Part shown: positions 42,279-51,768 of the stretch, one piece after another
How the letters are laid out: each line of letters starts with the position of its first letter
Position numbering within the stretch: position 1 is the stretch's first letter
From: an uncultured Gammaproteobacteria bacterium
Lineage (GTDB): Bacteria > Patescibacteriota > Patescibacteriia > UBA9934 > GWF2-40-263
Assembly (NCBI GenBank): GCA_964374035.1
Contig: CAYJWY010000001.1
Span: 1 to 63,913 of the forward strand
Reading direction: 5' to 3'
DNA: 63,913 nt
The notes under the pieces: model-generated
The model's input: the letters and a program-made list of their open reading frames with translations, nothing else
Told to the model about the DNA's origin: nothing
Database searches by the model: none
Program-made: the position numbers and the translations under genes

Positions 42279-45113
42279 TTAAGCGCCGTGGCATTTTTTG
42301 AATTTTTTTCCACTTCCGCATGGGCATGGTTCGTTGCGACCCGCCTTCGCTGGGGCTTTGGCGGGCGAGCCTGCTTTTTCGCTTACCGCACCTCCCTTGA
42401 ACCCCCCTTGAGAAAGCTGGAGCTTCGTTTCTCCCTTGTCCGCTCCAGCCATCACAACGCCAGTTCGACTCAAAAGAGACGTGTTTAACTCCGCCTGGAC
42501 GTTCATATCCACGGCGTGATGGGCGTACTTGAAGAATGTGTAGGCGATTTCTTGGTTGATGGAACTGAGGAGCGTCTGGAAGATATTGAAGCCTTCGCGT
42601 TTGTATTCGATGAGTGGATCGCGTTGGCCGTAACCTTGTAGGCCAATGCCGGTGCGAAGGGCGCGCATCGCCTCGAGGTGGTCGATCCAGAGCATGTCGA
42701 TCGCGCGCAGGATAACGGCTTTTTCGACGAGATGGAGGTCTTTGATTTCTGGGAGGGACTGCGTGAGTTTGTCGTATTGCTCCGTGATCACAGACATGAT
42801 CGCTTCGATCAGCTGTGTACGACCCTGCGCAAGCGACTGTTTGTCGTGTGAAACGTTGATCGAAAGTTCTTCAATCTGTTTGCGTTGTTGCTGAGAAAAT
42901 GCAACGATCGTCTGCATGGTCTGAAGAATTTCTGCGATGTTCCAGGTTGTGTTCACGGTTGATGATGTTGTGTCATTTTTGTGTTCAACAAATTCACCGG
43001 TGTGAAACAGAACAACTTGTTCAACTTCTCCTTCGATGATATCGAGGATGCGCATGCGTAAATCCTCGGGGTCATCCGTAAAGGTTGTTAAAACTTCAAG
43101 ACGCCGCGCGTAGATCACTTCGCGGTGTTTGTTCAAGACATCATCGTATTCCAAGATGTGTTTGCGCGAATCGAAGTGGTGGCCTTCCACGCGCATCTGC
43201 GCCTTTTCGACGGCTCCTGTAATCATCTTATTTTCGATCGGCATCTCGTCGGGAATCCCCAGGCGATCCATGAGGCCGCGTGTGCGATCGGAGCCGAAGA
43301 TACGCATGAGGTCGTCCTCCATCGAGATGTAAAACTGCGTGAGACCCGGATCACCTTGTCGACCGGAGCGGCCGCGAAGCTGGTTGTCGATGCGGCGTGA
43401 TTCGTGACGCTCCGTGCCGATCACATAGAGTCCGCCGAGGTCCTTCACGCGTTTCTCTTCCTCGGGATTCGTCGGATTTCCACCCAGCTTAATATCAACA
43501 CCGCGGCCTGCCATGTTGGTTGCAAGCGTCACGGCACCAACACGGCCCGCTTGAGCGATGATCTCGGCCTCGCGTTCATGATTTTTCGCATTCAAAATTT
43601 CATGTCGCACACCGGCGTTGTCAAGCAACGTATGCAGGAGTTCGTTCTTTTCAACCGACGCCGTACCAATCAAAACCGGCTGACCTCGCTCACTGGCCGC
43701 TTTCACTTCTTCGATCACTGAGAGGTATTTCCCTTTCTCATTTTTAAAAATCTTATCGCCTCGATCTATGCGCGTGACCGGTTGGTTCGTGGGAATTTCA
43801 ACGACTTCGAGCTGATAAATCTTGGAAAACTCCTCGGCTTCTGTCGATGCCGTACCCGTCATGCCGGCGAGCTTTTCGTACATCCGAAACAAATTTTGAA
43901 ACGTAATGGTCCCGAGTGTTTGGCTCTCGCGTTGGATTTCCACCTTTTCTTTTGCTTCGATCGCTTGGTGAATGCCTTCGGAGAATCGTCGACCAGGCAT
44001 AAGACGGCCCGTAAACTCATCGACGATGATCACCTCACCATCTTTGACGATATAGTGGACGTCCTTGTGATAGTTCGCGCGTGCGCGAAGCGCTGTGTCT
44101 GCGTAGCGCTGGTACTGGCCTTGTTCGATCGCGTACAGGTTGTCGATACCCAGAGCTTTCTCGATGCGATCGATACCGGATTCCGACAGCGTCGCTGTTC
44201 GCATCTTCTCATCGACATTGAAGTCTTCATGTTCTTTGAGCGTATTTGCGATGTCGGCAAATCGATAATAGAGATCATTCGATTTTTCCGCCGGCGCGGA
44301 AATAATGAGCGGTGTACGAGCCTCGTCGATCAAGATGGAATCGATTTCGTCGATGATGGCGTATGGCATACCACGCATCACGGTTTGATCAACGTCGGAC
44401 GCCATGTTGTCACGCAAGTAATCGAAACCGAACTGATTGTTGGTGCCATACGTAATGTCAGCGGCGAAGGATTCGCGACGACTGCAAGGTCGAAGAAATT
44501 CGTCGTGGATTTGGAACGATTCGGTTCCTAGTTCCTCTTCGTTTGCAGTCGCGACCCCCTCTAACTCCCCCTTGGCAAGGGGGAGAACAGGCTTCGTGTG
44601 ACTTGTTCGATACGATGGATCGTAAAGATAACTATCGAACTGTTGAATACAACCTACGCTTAGGCCGAGGAAATGAAAAATCTGTCCCATCCAGACGCAA
44701 TCGCGCTTTGCCAAATAATCGTTTACGGTGACGAGGTGTGCGCCTTTGGCGCTCAGAGCATTTGTATAAAGGGCAAGCGTCGAAGTCAACGTCTTTCCTT
44801 CGCCCGTACGCATTTCCGCGATCTGTCCTCGATGCAAAATGAGTCCGCCGATCAATTGAACATCGAAGTGTCGCTGATTGATTGTTCGTTTGGCGGCTTC
44901 ACGCACAACCGCGAAGGCTTCGTGAAGAACAGCGTCAACGGTCTCCCCTGCTTCGAGCCGTTTTTTAAACTCCAAGGTTTTCGCCTTGAGTTCATCGTCG
45001 ACGAGCTTGGAAATGTTTGGTTCAAACGCATTGATCTTTGAAACTTCCTTTTGAAGTTCGGTTAACAACCGCTTGTTTGGATCGCCAAAGAGAATCTTTA
45101 GAACCTTGCTCAT
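42279..45113 (-). CDS. secA: preprotein translocase ATPase SecA with an enlarged loop before the PPXD
   Basis: MRTGEGKTLT, DITYGTNNQFGFDYLRDNM, DEIDSILIDEARTPLIIS, TNMAGRGVDI and the C-terminal zinc finger CPCGSGKKFKKCHG. Confidence 0.95.
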   Translation of the reverse strand: MSKVLKILFGDPNKRLLTELQKEVSKINAFEPNISKLVDDELKAKTLEFKKRLEAGETVDAVLHEAFAVVREAAKRTINQRHFDVQLIGGLILHRGQIAEMRTGEGKTLTSTLALYTNALSAKGAHLVTVNDYLAKRDCVWMGQIFHFLGLSVGCIQQFDSYLYDPSYRTSHTKPVLPLAKGELEGVATANEEELGTESFQIHDEFLRPCSRRESFAADITYGTNNQFGFDYLRDNMASDVDQTVMRGMPYAIIDEIDSILIDEARTPLIISAPAEKSNDLYYRFADIANTLKEHEDFNVDEKMRTATLSESGIDRIEKALGIDNLYAIEQGQYQRYADTALRARANYHKDVHYIVKDGEVIIVDEFTGRLMPGRRFSEGIHQAIEAKEKVEIQRESQTLGTITFQNLFRMYEKLAGMTGTASTEAEEFSKIYQLEVVEIPTNQPVTRIDRGDKIFKNEKGKYLSVIEEVKAASERGQPVLIGTASVEKNELLHTLLDNAGVRHEILNAKNHEREAEIIAQAGRVGAVTLATNMAGRGVDIKLGGNPTNPEEEKRVKDLGGLYVIGTERHESRRIDNQLRGRSGRQGDPGLTQFYISMEDDLMRIFGSDRTRGLMDRLGIPDEMPIENKMITGAVEKAQMRVEGHHFDSRKHILEYDDVLNKHREVIYARRLEVLTTFTDDPEDLRMRILDIIEGEVEQVVLFHTGEFVEHKNDTTSSTVNTTWNIAEILQTMQTIVAFSQQQRKQIEELSINVSHDKQSLAQGRTQLIEAIMSVITEQYDKLTQSLPEIKDLHLVEKAVILRAIDMLWIDHLEAMRALRTGIGLQGYGQRDPLIEYKREGFNIFQTLLSSINQEIAYTFFKYAHHAVDMNVQAELNTSLLSRTGVVMAGADKGETKLQLSQGGFKGGAVSEKAGSPAKAPAKAGRNEPCPCGSGKKFKKCHGA
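44565..44585. repeat. 21-nt palindrome inside secA
   Basis: ctcccccttg-g-caagggggag, translated as PLAKGE. A second 8-bp stem, gttcgata/tatcgaac, lies at 44605..44640. Confidence 0.8.
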
Positions 45114-45159
45114 ATGACGGGCATTGTTACGGATTTCTCCTAATTAATCAAGAATCGAA

Positions 45160-45177
45160 AACCGGGTTTCCCCGGTT
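45160..45177 (-). terminator. hairpin downstream of hpf
   Basis: On the minus strand: aaccggg-gaaa-cccggtt followed by ttcgattctt. Confidence 0.45.
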
Positions 45178-45197
45178 TGTATGTTCAGCTGTGTGAC

Positions 45198-45542
45198 TTA
45201 TTCTTTGTCTGGTCGTTGTCCACGATGTCGATCAATGAGTTTTCCTTTATGTTCATTCAGCTGACGCCTTAGATGATCACGTGCGTTATCGATGGCCGCA
45301 TAAAGATCCTCCGCCTCCTCCACAACTCTGAGCGTTGCCCCTGGAATCGCCAACTGCATTTCTGCACGATAATAGGGACCCTTGGAATGATGTTTAGACG
45401 ACTTTCCAACATCGACCTTCATTTCATCAGATGGATCAAAATCACCGCATAATTTTTTTAACGATTCGACTCGATCTTCTACATGAGCACGAATCGCGTC
45501 TGTGAGTTCGATGTTCGTCGCCTTGAGCATGGTGATGCGCAT
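45198..45542 (-). CDS. hpf: ribosome hibernation factor (HPF/RaiA family, short form)
   Basis: ATNIELTDAIRAHVEDRV...YRAEMQLAIPGATLRVVEEAEDLYAAID. Confidence 0.85.
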   Translation of the reverse strand: MRITMLKATNIELTDAIRAHVEDRVESLKKLCGDFDPSDEMKVDVGKSSKHHSKGPYYRAEMQLAIPGATLRVVEEAEDLYAAIDNARDHLRRQLNEHKGKLIDRHRGQRPDKE

Positions 45543-45553
45543 AGGTGTGGTTG

Positions 45554-46516
45554 TTAATTGCAGATGTATTGTACCTCTTCTTGAAGTTGAACACCAAATG
45601 TATTGCGGATGCGTGTTTTGATCACACTGATCACTTGCAGGACCTCGTCCGCTGTGGCATGACCACGATTCACAAGAAAATTTGCGTGTTTGTCACTGAC
45701 TTGTGCGTCCCCGATCCTGAGGCCTTTCAAATCCGCATGGTCGATGAGCCAGCCCGCCGGCAGACGACGAGCTGTGCTCATCTCTATAGGTATATCGAGT
45801 AACATTGCGAGTCGTTGCAGTTCCTCATCTGAGTGCACTTCGTAATTTTTAAACAAACAGCCGGCAGAACCTGCGTCGAGAGGTTGCGAGGATTTGCGCG
45901 AGGCTAGTTTTTCGTCGAGATCTTTGAGAAGCGACGGCGAGTCACCGGGCTCAAACATGAACGTGGCCGCGATGACAATGTCGTTGTTATGTTTGATCAT
46001 CGACTCACGATAGGCAAACTTGAGTTCGCTCGCAGGAACAGTGACGACGTCCCCGTTTCGAAACACCTCGACCTCGACAAGATGATCGCGCGTCTCACCG
46101 CCAAAGCAACCCGCGTTTCCACGCACGGCCCCACCGATCGTTCCCGGAAGCGAGATCGCCCACGTGAACCCGGCGAGACCGGCTTTTGCGGTTATTCGAG
46201 CCAGTCCGGCGGATAAAACGCCCGCTTCGGCTCGTACGCGGTTTCCATTGATGGTGACCTCTCGCAGTGCCATCTTGATCGCAAGGCCGTCAAAGCCGTG
46301 GTCGCTCACAAGCATGTTTGAGCCTCCACCGAAAACAAAAACCTTGGCACCGTTCTGCACGGCGGTCGAAACCGCAAACTTCAATTCGTCGACAGATTTT
46401 ACTTCAACAAAAAACTTCGCCGGTCCGCCGATGCGAAAATTCGTGTACTTGCTCATAGGTTCCTCAAGTTTGAGGCGGTCGCCGAAAATTTCTTTCAGCG
46501 TGGTTTCTATCGTCAT
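45554..46516 (-). CDS. murB: UDP-N-acetylenolpyruvoylglucosamine reductase
   Basis: FRIGGPAKFF, GGGSNMLV and GSAGCLFKN. Confidence 0.9.
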   Translation of the reverse strand: MTIETTLKEIFGDRLKLEEPMSKYTNFRIGGPAKFFVEVKSVDELKFAVSTAVQNGAKVFVFGGGSNMLVSDHGFDGLAIKMALREVTINGNRVRAEAGVLSAGLARITAKAGLAGFTWAISLPGTIGGAVRGNAGCFGGETRDHLVEVEVFRNGDVVTVPASELKFAYRESMIKHNNDIVIAATFMFEPGDSPSLLKDLDEKLASRKSSQPLDAGSAGCLFKNYEVHSDEELQRLAMLLDIPIEMSTARRLPAGWLIDHADLKGLRIGDAQVSDKHANFLVNRGHATADEVLQVISVIKTRIRNTFGVQLQEEVQYICN

Positions 46517-47916
46517 ACAAGTTTTCTTGCGAGCTCATCGATATCGCCAGCGCCCATCACAATAAGCACATCGTTGTTTACAACCGTCTTTCGAATGAGC
46601 GTCTCTGCCTCAAAGAGATCTTTGGCAAACACGGCATAGTCGAGACCGACGGCCGCGACTAAATCTCGCGACGAAACTGCTTGATCTTCGTTGCGCCCTG
46701 CCACGTCGTAGACTTCAGCGATGATGATTGGGATGTTGAGCTTCGAGAAAACATCGACAAATTCATTGAACAACTTTTTTGTTCGAGCGTGCTGGTGTGG
46801 TTGATAACACAAGACAATTCTTCGATCTGGATAAAACTCTTTCGCCGCCTGAACCGTCGCGGCGATTGCCGTGGGATGATGGCCGTAGTCGGAAATAACG
46901 TCGATGCCATTGAACGAGCCGACATGCTCGAAGCGTCTCCAAATTCCTCTAAACGATTCGAGCGCCTGCTTACACGTCGCAAATGGAATACCAAGCTCCA
47001 TCGCCGTTGCGATCGCGGCGAGGGCATTGTGTCGATTGTATTGTCCCGGGATCTGCAACGCAATCGATCCGATCGGCTGGTCGCCGTTTTCTTTACGATA
47101 CACGTTATTGCCTGTGGGCGACCATCCCCCTTTGCCTGGCTTCGGAGGGACTGGAAGCGAGGGTCGCTCCTCCGGCTCGATGCGGTATTGTGCGGTTGCA
47201 TCTGTTCCAAAGGTAATTGATCGTTCTGTGACTAGCATCTTCGACTGCGGGTCGTCGATATTTAAGACCACGAGGCCGTTGCCTGAGAGTCGATCGATGA
47301 ACTCCTTAAACGTGTTACGAACATGATCGATGTCTCGATAAAAATCCGGGTGGTCCATCTCGATGTTTGTGAGAACAATCGATTCGGGGTGAAGGTTGAG
47401 AATGTTTGCTTGGTATTCGCAACCTTCCACAACGAAGAATCGGCTGTTACCGATGCGAATATTCCCATCGGGAAACGACGGAACAAGCGAACCCACAAGA
47501 ATCGTTGGATCATATCCTGCCGCCTCAAGGATCAAGCCGAGCATCGCCGTGGTCGTCGACTTTCCGTGTGTGCCAGTGACGACAATCGTGGAAAACTGTT
47601 TCGTATATTCGCCAAGCGCCTCGGCATACGAGCGTTCAACAATCCCCTGTTCTTTGGCAAATCGTCGCTCCTCATTTGATTCGGGAACCGCGGAAGAATA
47701 AATGACAAGGTCAGTCCTCACATCGACATACTCGCCGTGATGTCCGTGCGCAATGACAACGCCGCGACGTTGTAGGTCTTGTGTGATCGGACTTTCGACG
47801 AGATCTGAGCCTGTGATCGTTTTGCCTTGTGCAAGCAAAAGCTTCGCGAGGCCGGACATCCCAATGCCGCCGATCCCAATGAAGTGCACGTGTGTGACGT
47901 TGTCTAACATACGCAC
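46513..47916 (-). CDS. murC: UDP-N-acetylmuramate--L-alanine ligase
   Basis: HFIGIGGIGMSGLA, VTGTHGKSTTTAM and DYGHHPTAI. A possible extra Pro/Gly/Lys loop (PSLPVPPKPGKGGWSP) is also present. Confidence 0.9.
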   Translation of the reverse strand: MRMLDNVTHVHFIGIGGIGMSGLAKLLLAQGKTITGSDLVESPITQDLQRRGVVIAHGHHGEYVDVRTDLVIYSSAVPESNEERRFAKEQGIVERSYAEALGEYTKQFSTIVVTGTHGKSTTTAMLGLILEAAGYDPTILVGSLVPSFPDGNIRIGNSRFFVVEGCEYQANILNLHPESIVLTNIEMDHPDFYRDIDHVRNTFKEFIDRLSGNGLVVLNIDDPQSKMLVTERSITFGTDATAQYRIEPEERPSLPVPPKPGKGGWSPTGNNVYRKENGDQPIGSIALQIPGQYNRHNALAAIATAMELGIPFATCKQALESFRGIWRRFEHVGSFNGIDVISDYGHHPTAIAATVQAAKEFYPDRRIVLCYQPHQHARTKKLFNEFVDVFSKLNIPIIIAEVYDVAGRNEDQAVSSRDLVAAVGLDYAVFAKDLFEAETLIRKTVVNNDVLIVMGAGDIDELARKLV

Positions 47917-47958
47917 AGATACGTTAGCGCATCTTGGGCAAAAGAAAAAGCCGAACGT

Positions 47959-49230
47959 TTAGAGTTCAGCGGAGATGGTGTGCAAGTGGCTTTGGTCGTA
48001 CGTGGTCAAAATCGTGCGATCGTTCACGGAGTTGTAGCGCACCACATTGCCACTCCATGTGAGATTCCACGCGAAGACAACGGGTGTGTGACGAGCGTTG
48101 TAAACGTAGGGCGTGAAGAGACCTCGATCCAGAACCAGTCGTGCGGCAATACAGCCCAGGTCATCGATCAGGAAGTCTACGAGATCGCCGTCTTCGAGCA
48201 ACATGGATTGCTTGCTCGCAACGATCGCGGGGACGCCTCCTTGCTCAAGAGGCAGAAGATAGGCACCGACATGTTCTTCACCGGGCGACCAGCGAAGATC
48301 TTCGACCCGTAGGGAAAATGCACCCTGGCAGATCACATGTCCGTTGAGAAAAAGTGTTCGCGTGATGCGACCATCCTGGGTGCGTCGTGCCAGGTAGGCA
48401 ATCGACCTTGCTTGGGGGGATTGCCACACACACTCGAGCTGACCGTCGATCTTCTCGACGTCGAAGAGATGATCGAGCTCGCCGTAGGAGACAAGACGTG
48501 ACGCTTTTTCACCCGAGAGGCATAGAACTTGAAGTTGATAGGTGCGCACGCTTGCAATGGGAAGCTCCCCTGGAAGCACGGCAATGGGAACGGGTACGAG
48601 ATCGTCGATGCCGTTGTATCCCACCAGATAGCGATAGTACCGTTCACCGATCTTCTGCAGTAACTGCACACCACCCTGGTCGAGTGGCGCCACAACGGTG
48701 TCGTAGTTGATATCCAACGTACCACACGGCGTGATTGCGCGAAACGGGGCGGGCTCATCTTGATCGCAACGCCCCTTGATGATGAGTGCCGTTCCACTGC
48801 GACCGATCTCAAGCACGATGTCGAGACGATCCACGAGTAGACACGCAGACTCGGTCAATCGATACACACCCTTGAGAAAATCTCCCATCGGCTTGCCCCA
48901 GACAAGCACGCTGTCATCGCACACATCCAGAACGCGCGTTCCAATCGCCTCGAAGACCATGGGAACCAGACGCATGGCACTGTGTGTGAGCGTCTCACCT
49001 GCGGGCCCATTGGATTGAATCACGACGACGCGTTTACCGTCGGCCGACGCGGTGATTTGTTTGCCGGCCACGAGATCACTGAGTCGTTCAGGTGAGGCTG
49101 AACTGGGAAGTTCAAAGATGACATCTTCCGCGCCATGATAAAATTTCGTTTTGCGCTCACGATCCTCTTCACCATCCTGACGCAACGATGTTTCGACGAC
49201 GAGCCCTGAAGACGCATTGCGTGCATGCAT
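47959..49230 (-). CDS. orphan hypothetical protein (423 aa, no TM or signal peptide)
   Basis: A long intact ORF with an AAGGA upstream of the ATG. No motif was recognised, and the composition looks beta-rich. Confidence 0.5.
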   Translation of the reverse strand: MHARNASSGLVVETSLRQDGEEDRERKTKFYHGAEDVIFELPSSASPERLSDLVAGKQITASADGKRVVVIQSNGPAGETLTHSAMRLVPMVFEAIGTRVLDVCDDSVLVWGKPMGDFLKGVYRLTESACLLVDRLDIVLEIGRSGTALIIKGRCDQDEPAPFRAITPCGTLDINYDTVVAPLDQGGVQLLQKIGERYYRYLVGYNGIDDLVPVPIAVLPGELPIASVRTYQLQVLCLSGEKASRLVSYGELDHLFDVEKIDGQLECVWQSPQARSIAYLARRTQDGRITRTLFLNGHVICQGAFSLRVEDLRWSPGEEHVGAYLLPLEQGGVPAIVASKQSMLLEDGDLVDFLIDDLGCIAARLVLDRGLFTPYVYNARHTPVVFAWNLTWSGNVVRYNSVNDRTILTTYDQSHLHTISAEL

Positions 49231-49408
49231 TGTCCTTAACCTTCCTGTGAAACGAACGACACGAGAGAAACGTGTTGAGTCAACATAGCGATTTTTTCAC
49301 TCGTTGTCAACGCCTCCACGCTCCAGTAAACTATGAACAGATTTTTCGAAACCATCTATGTTGTGATACGCAATTTCAAGCCTTTTTTAACCATTTCACA
49401 ACAATCTT

Positions 49409-50692
49409 ATGATTCTTTCAGCATGTGATCCTGAAATTGCGAACGCCCTTAATCATGAACTTGAACGAGAACAGACCGGTTTGGAAATGATCCCCAGTGA
49501 AAACTTTGTCTCGCGGGCAACGCTTGCGGCGCTCGGTTCTATCGGAACGAACAAATATTCAGAGGGATATCCAGGTATGCGTTATTACGGCGGATGCGAA
49601 TGGGTGGATGCTATTGAAAATCTAGCTCGCGATCGCGCAAAAGCCTTGTTCGGTGTCACACATGCAAACGTCCAGCCAGCGTCGGGATGTGCGGCAAACA
49701 TCGCTGCGATGTTTGCCCTGCTCGAACCGGGTGACACCCTCATGGGCATGAATCTGTTTTACGGTGGCCACATGACACACGGACTTCCGGTAAATTTTTC
49801 TGGACGATATTACAAATCTGTCCAATATACATCGACCGAGGATGGATACATGGATTTTGATCAGATGCTTTCACTTGCGCTCGAGCACAAACCAAAACTG
49901 ATTATCGTTGGAGCAACAGCCTATCCTCGTCTCATTGATTGGCAAAAAGCGCGAGAGGTTGCCGATCGCGTGGGTTCTTTTCTCATGGCCGATATCGCTC
50001 ACATCGCGGGGCTTATCGTCTCTGGCGATCACCCTTCTCCCGTAGGAATAGCGGACATTATCACAACAACAACACATAAGACCCTTCGTGGACCGCGAGG
50101 TGCGATGATTCTGTGCAACGGAAATCCATCAACGCCACTGAAAAAAGTGGAGGTGTCGCGTGAAAACATTCCAACACTCGTGGATCGAGCGATCATTCCT
50201 GGACTACAAGGAGGACCGCACAATCATCAAACCGCCGCGATCGCCGTTGCTCTCAAAGAAGCCGCGCAACCCGACTTCAAAGAATATGGTCATCAAATTG
50301 TTCGCAATGCAAAAAAACTTGCGGAGGTGTTGATGTCGCATGGATTCAACCTGGTCACGGGTGGAACGGACAATCACTTGATGGTCGTGAACCTGACAAA
50401 CAAAAACGTGTCGGGAAAACAGGCGGAGTTTGCCTTGGGTCTCGCCGGGATCACGGTCAACAAAAACACGGTTCCCTTTGAGCCACGAACACCATTTGAT
50501 CCCTCGGGCATCCGCCTTGGAACACCTGCACTCACAAGTCGAGGGATGAAAGAGGAAGATATGAAAACCGTTGGTGATTGGATTGATCGAGCGATCACAC
50601 ATGCGACAGACGAAACAACCCTGAAAACAATTCGCACAGAAATCGAAGAATTCACCAAACAATTTCCTCTGTATGAAAATCTCCACTACTAG
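49409..50692 (+). CDS. glyA: serine hydroxymethyltransferase
   Basis: LEMIPSENF, YSEGYPGMRYYGG and TTTTHKTLRGPRG (PLP lysine). Confidence 0.95.
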   Translation: MILSACDPEIANALNHELEREQTGLEMIPSENFVSRATLAALGSIGTNKYSEGYPGMRYYGGCEWVDAIENLARDRAKALFGVTHANVQPASGCAANIAAMFALLEPGDTLMGMNLFYGGHMTHGLPVNFSGRYYKSVQYTSTEDGYMDFDQMLSLALEHKPKLIIVGATAYPRLIDWQKAREVADRVGSFLMADIAHIAGLIVSGDHPSPVGIADIITTTTHKTLRGPRGAMILCNGNPSTPLKKVEVSRENIPTLVDRAIIPGLQGGPHNHQTAAIAVALKEAAQPDFKEYGHQIVRNAKKLAEVLMSHGFNLVTGGTDNHLMVVNLTNKNVSGKQAEFALGLAGITVNKNTVPFEPRTPFDPSGIRLGTPALTSRGMKEEDMKTVGDWIDRAITHATDETTLKTIRTEIEEFTKQFPLYENLHY

Positions 50693-50817
50693 CTCGTAAG
50701 CCGGTTACGAGCAGGATTGCATAGCTGTTTTCATTGACATGTGCGTTGAAACTGGATTTTCTTCAGGCTCACCTGTTCTCGTGTCAAGCGGGAAACTTTG
50801 ATCTAAAACGTATTCTA

Positions 50818-50855
50818 CTGGCTACCTGGTTGCTGATCGGCAACCAGGTAGCCAG
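50818..50855. repeat. G-family perfect hairpin upstream of folD
   Basis: ctggctacctggttgc-tgatcg-gcaaccaggtagccag is a 16-bp stem. It shares acctggttgc/gcaaccaggt with the rlmD copy. Confidence 0.85.
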
Positions 50856-50898
50856 AAACGTTGATCTCTGGCTTGTTCGTTGCTATGCTTGCCAGACT

Positions 50899-51768
50899 AT
50901 GGCGTTGATCCTTAATGGTCGTGCGCTTGGAAAACGCATTCAAGACAATGTAAAAGCTCGGGTCGCAGAGCTTGCTTTAAAGCCAGGCTTGGCTGTGATT
51001 CTTGTTGGAAATGATCCTGCCTCACACACATACGTCAACATCAAAGCGCGCGCCTGTCTAGAAGCCGGCATCCACTTTGAAGAATTTCTGTATGAAGCGA
51101 ATAGTGCTCAGGAGGTTCTTGAAAATAAAATTCAGGAGCTCAATCAACGCGAAGATATCCACGGGATTCTCGTGCAACTTCCCCTTCCCTCACAAAATGC
51201 GGACCATCTCATCGCCGTCATCAATCCAAACAAAGACGTTGACGGATTTCATCCTAAAAATATTCGTGCACTCAAAGAAGGAAAGCCCGCCTTGGTCAGT
51301 GCCGTGGCTCTTGGCATCGTGAGACTCATCGCTGTTGCGATGAAGCAAGGCCTTCAACCAAGAACAGCAACTATCATTTCCAGTGCGCTCTTTGCGGAGC
51401 CCATCATCGAACTTCTTCGTGAACGCTCGATTTCGAGCACGGTTGAAGTCATAGAAAAAAATCAGGAATCGGCAAAAATTTTCAACTCAGACATCATCAT
51501 TATCGCCCTTGGTCACCCAAACTTTTTGACGGGAAACATGATCAAACCAGGATCGATCATCATCGACGTGGGCACAACAAAAATCAACGGCCTCCTGCAT
51601 GGCGACGTTGATCGTGCATCGGTTGAATTTATTGCGGGAGCACTGAGTCCTGTTCCGGGGGGAGTCGGTCCAATGACGGTCGCAATGCTGCTCTTGAACG
51701 TGCTAAAAGCGTTTCAACTCCAACATGTGGGGCGAACATTCCACCAGCAAGAATCGCGGCGAGATTGA
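50899..51768 (+). CDS. folD: bifunctional methylenetetrahydrofolate dehydrogenase/cyclohydrolase
   Basis: LILNGRALGKRIQ, PASHTYVNIKARAC, GILVQLPLP and PVPGGVGPMTVAML. The ATG at 50899 lies after the hairpin repeat. Confidence 0.9.
   Translation: MALILNGRALGKRIQDNVKARVAELALKPGLAVILVGNDPASHTYVNIKARACLEAGIHFEEFLYEANSAQEVLENKIQELNQREDIHGILVQLPLPSQNADHLIAVINPNKDVDGFHPKNIRALKEGKPALVSAVALGIVRLIAVAMKQGLQPRTATIISSALFAEPIIELLRERSISSTVEVIEKNQESAKIFNSDIIIIALGHPNFLTGNMIKPGSIIIDVGTTKINGLLHGDVDRASVEFIAGALSPVPGGVGPMTVAMLLLNVLKAFQLQHVGRTFHQQESRRD

Noticed and set aside
49231-49408. A ZTP (pfl) or THF riboswitch was looked for upstream of glyA, and also upstream of folD (50693..50898). These genes are classic targets.
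   Set aside because: No CCGCCUGGGC-type pseudoknot segment or GGGUCGUGAC-like 5' domain is present. Only short inverted repeats occur, plus the G-family hairpin.
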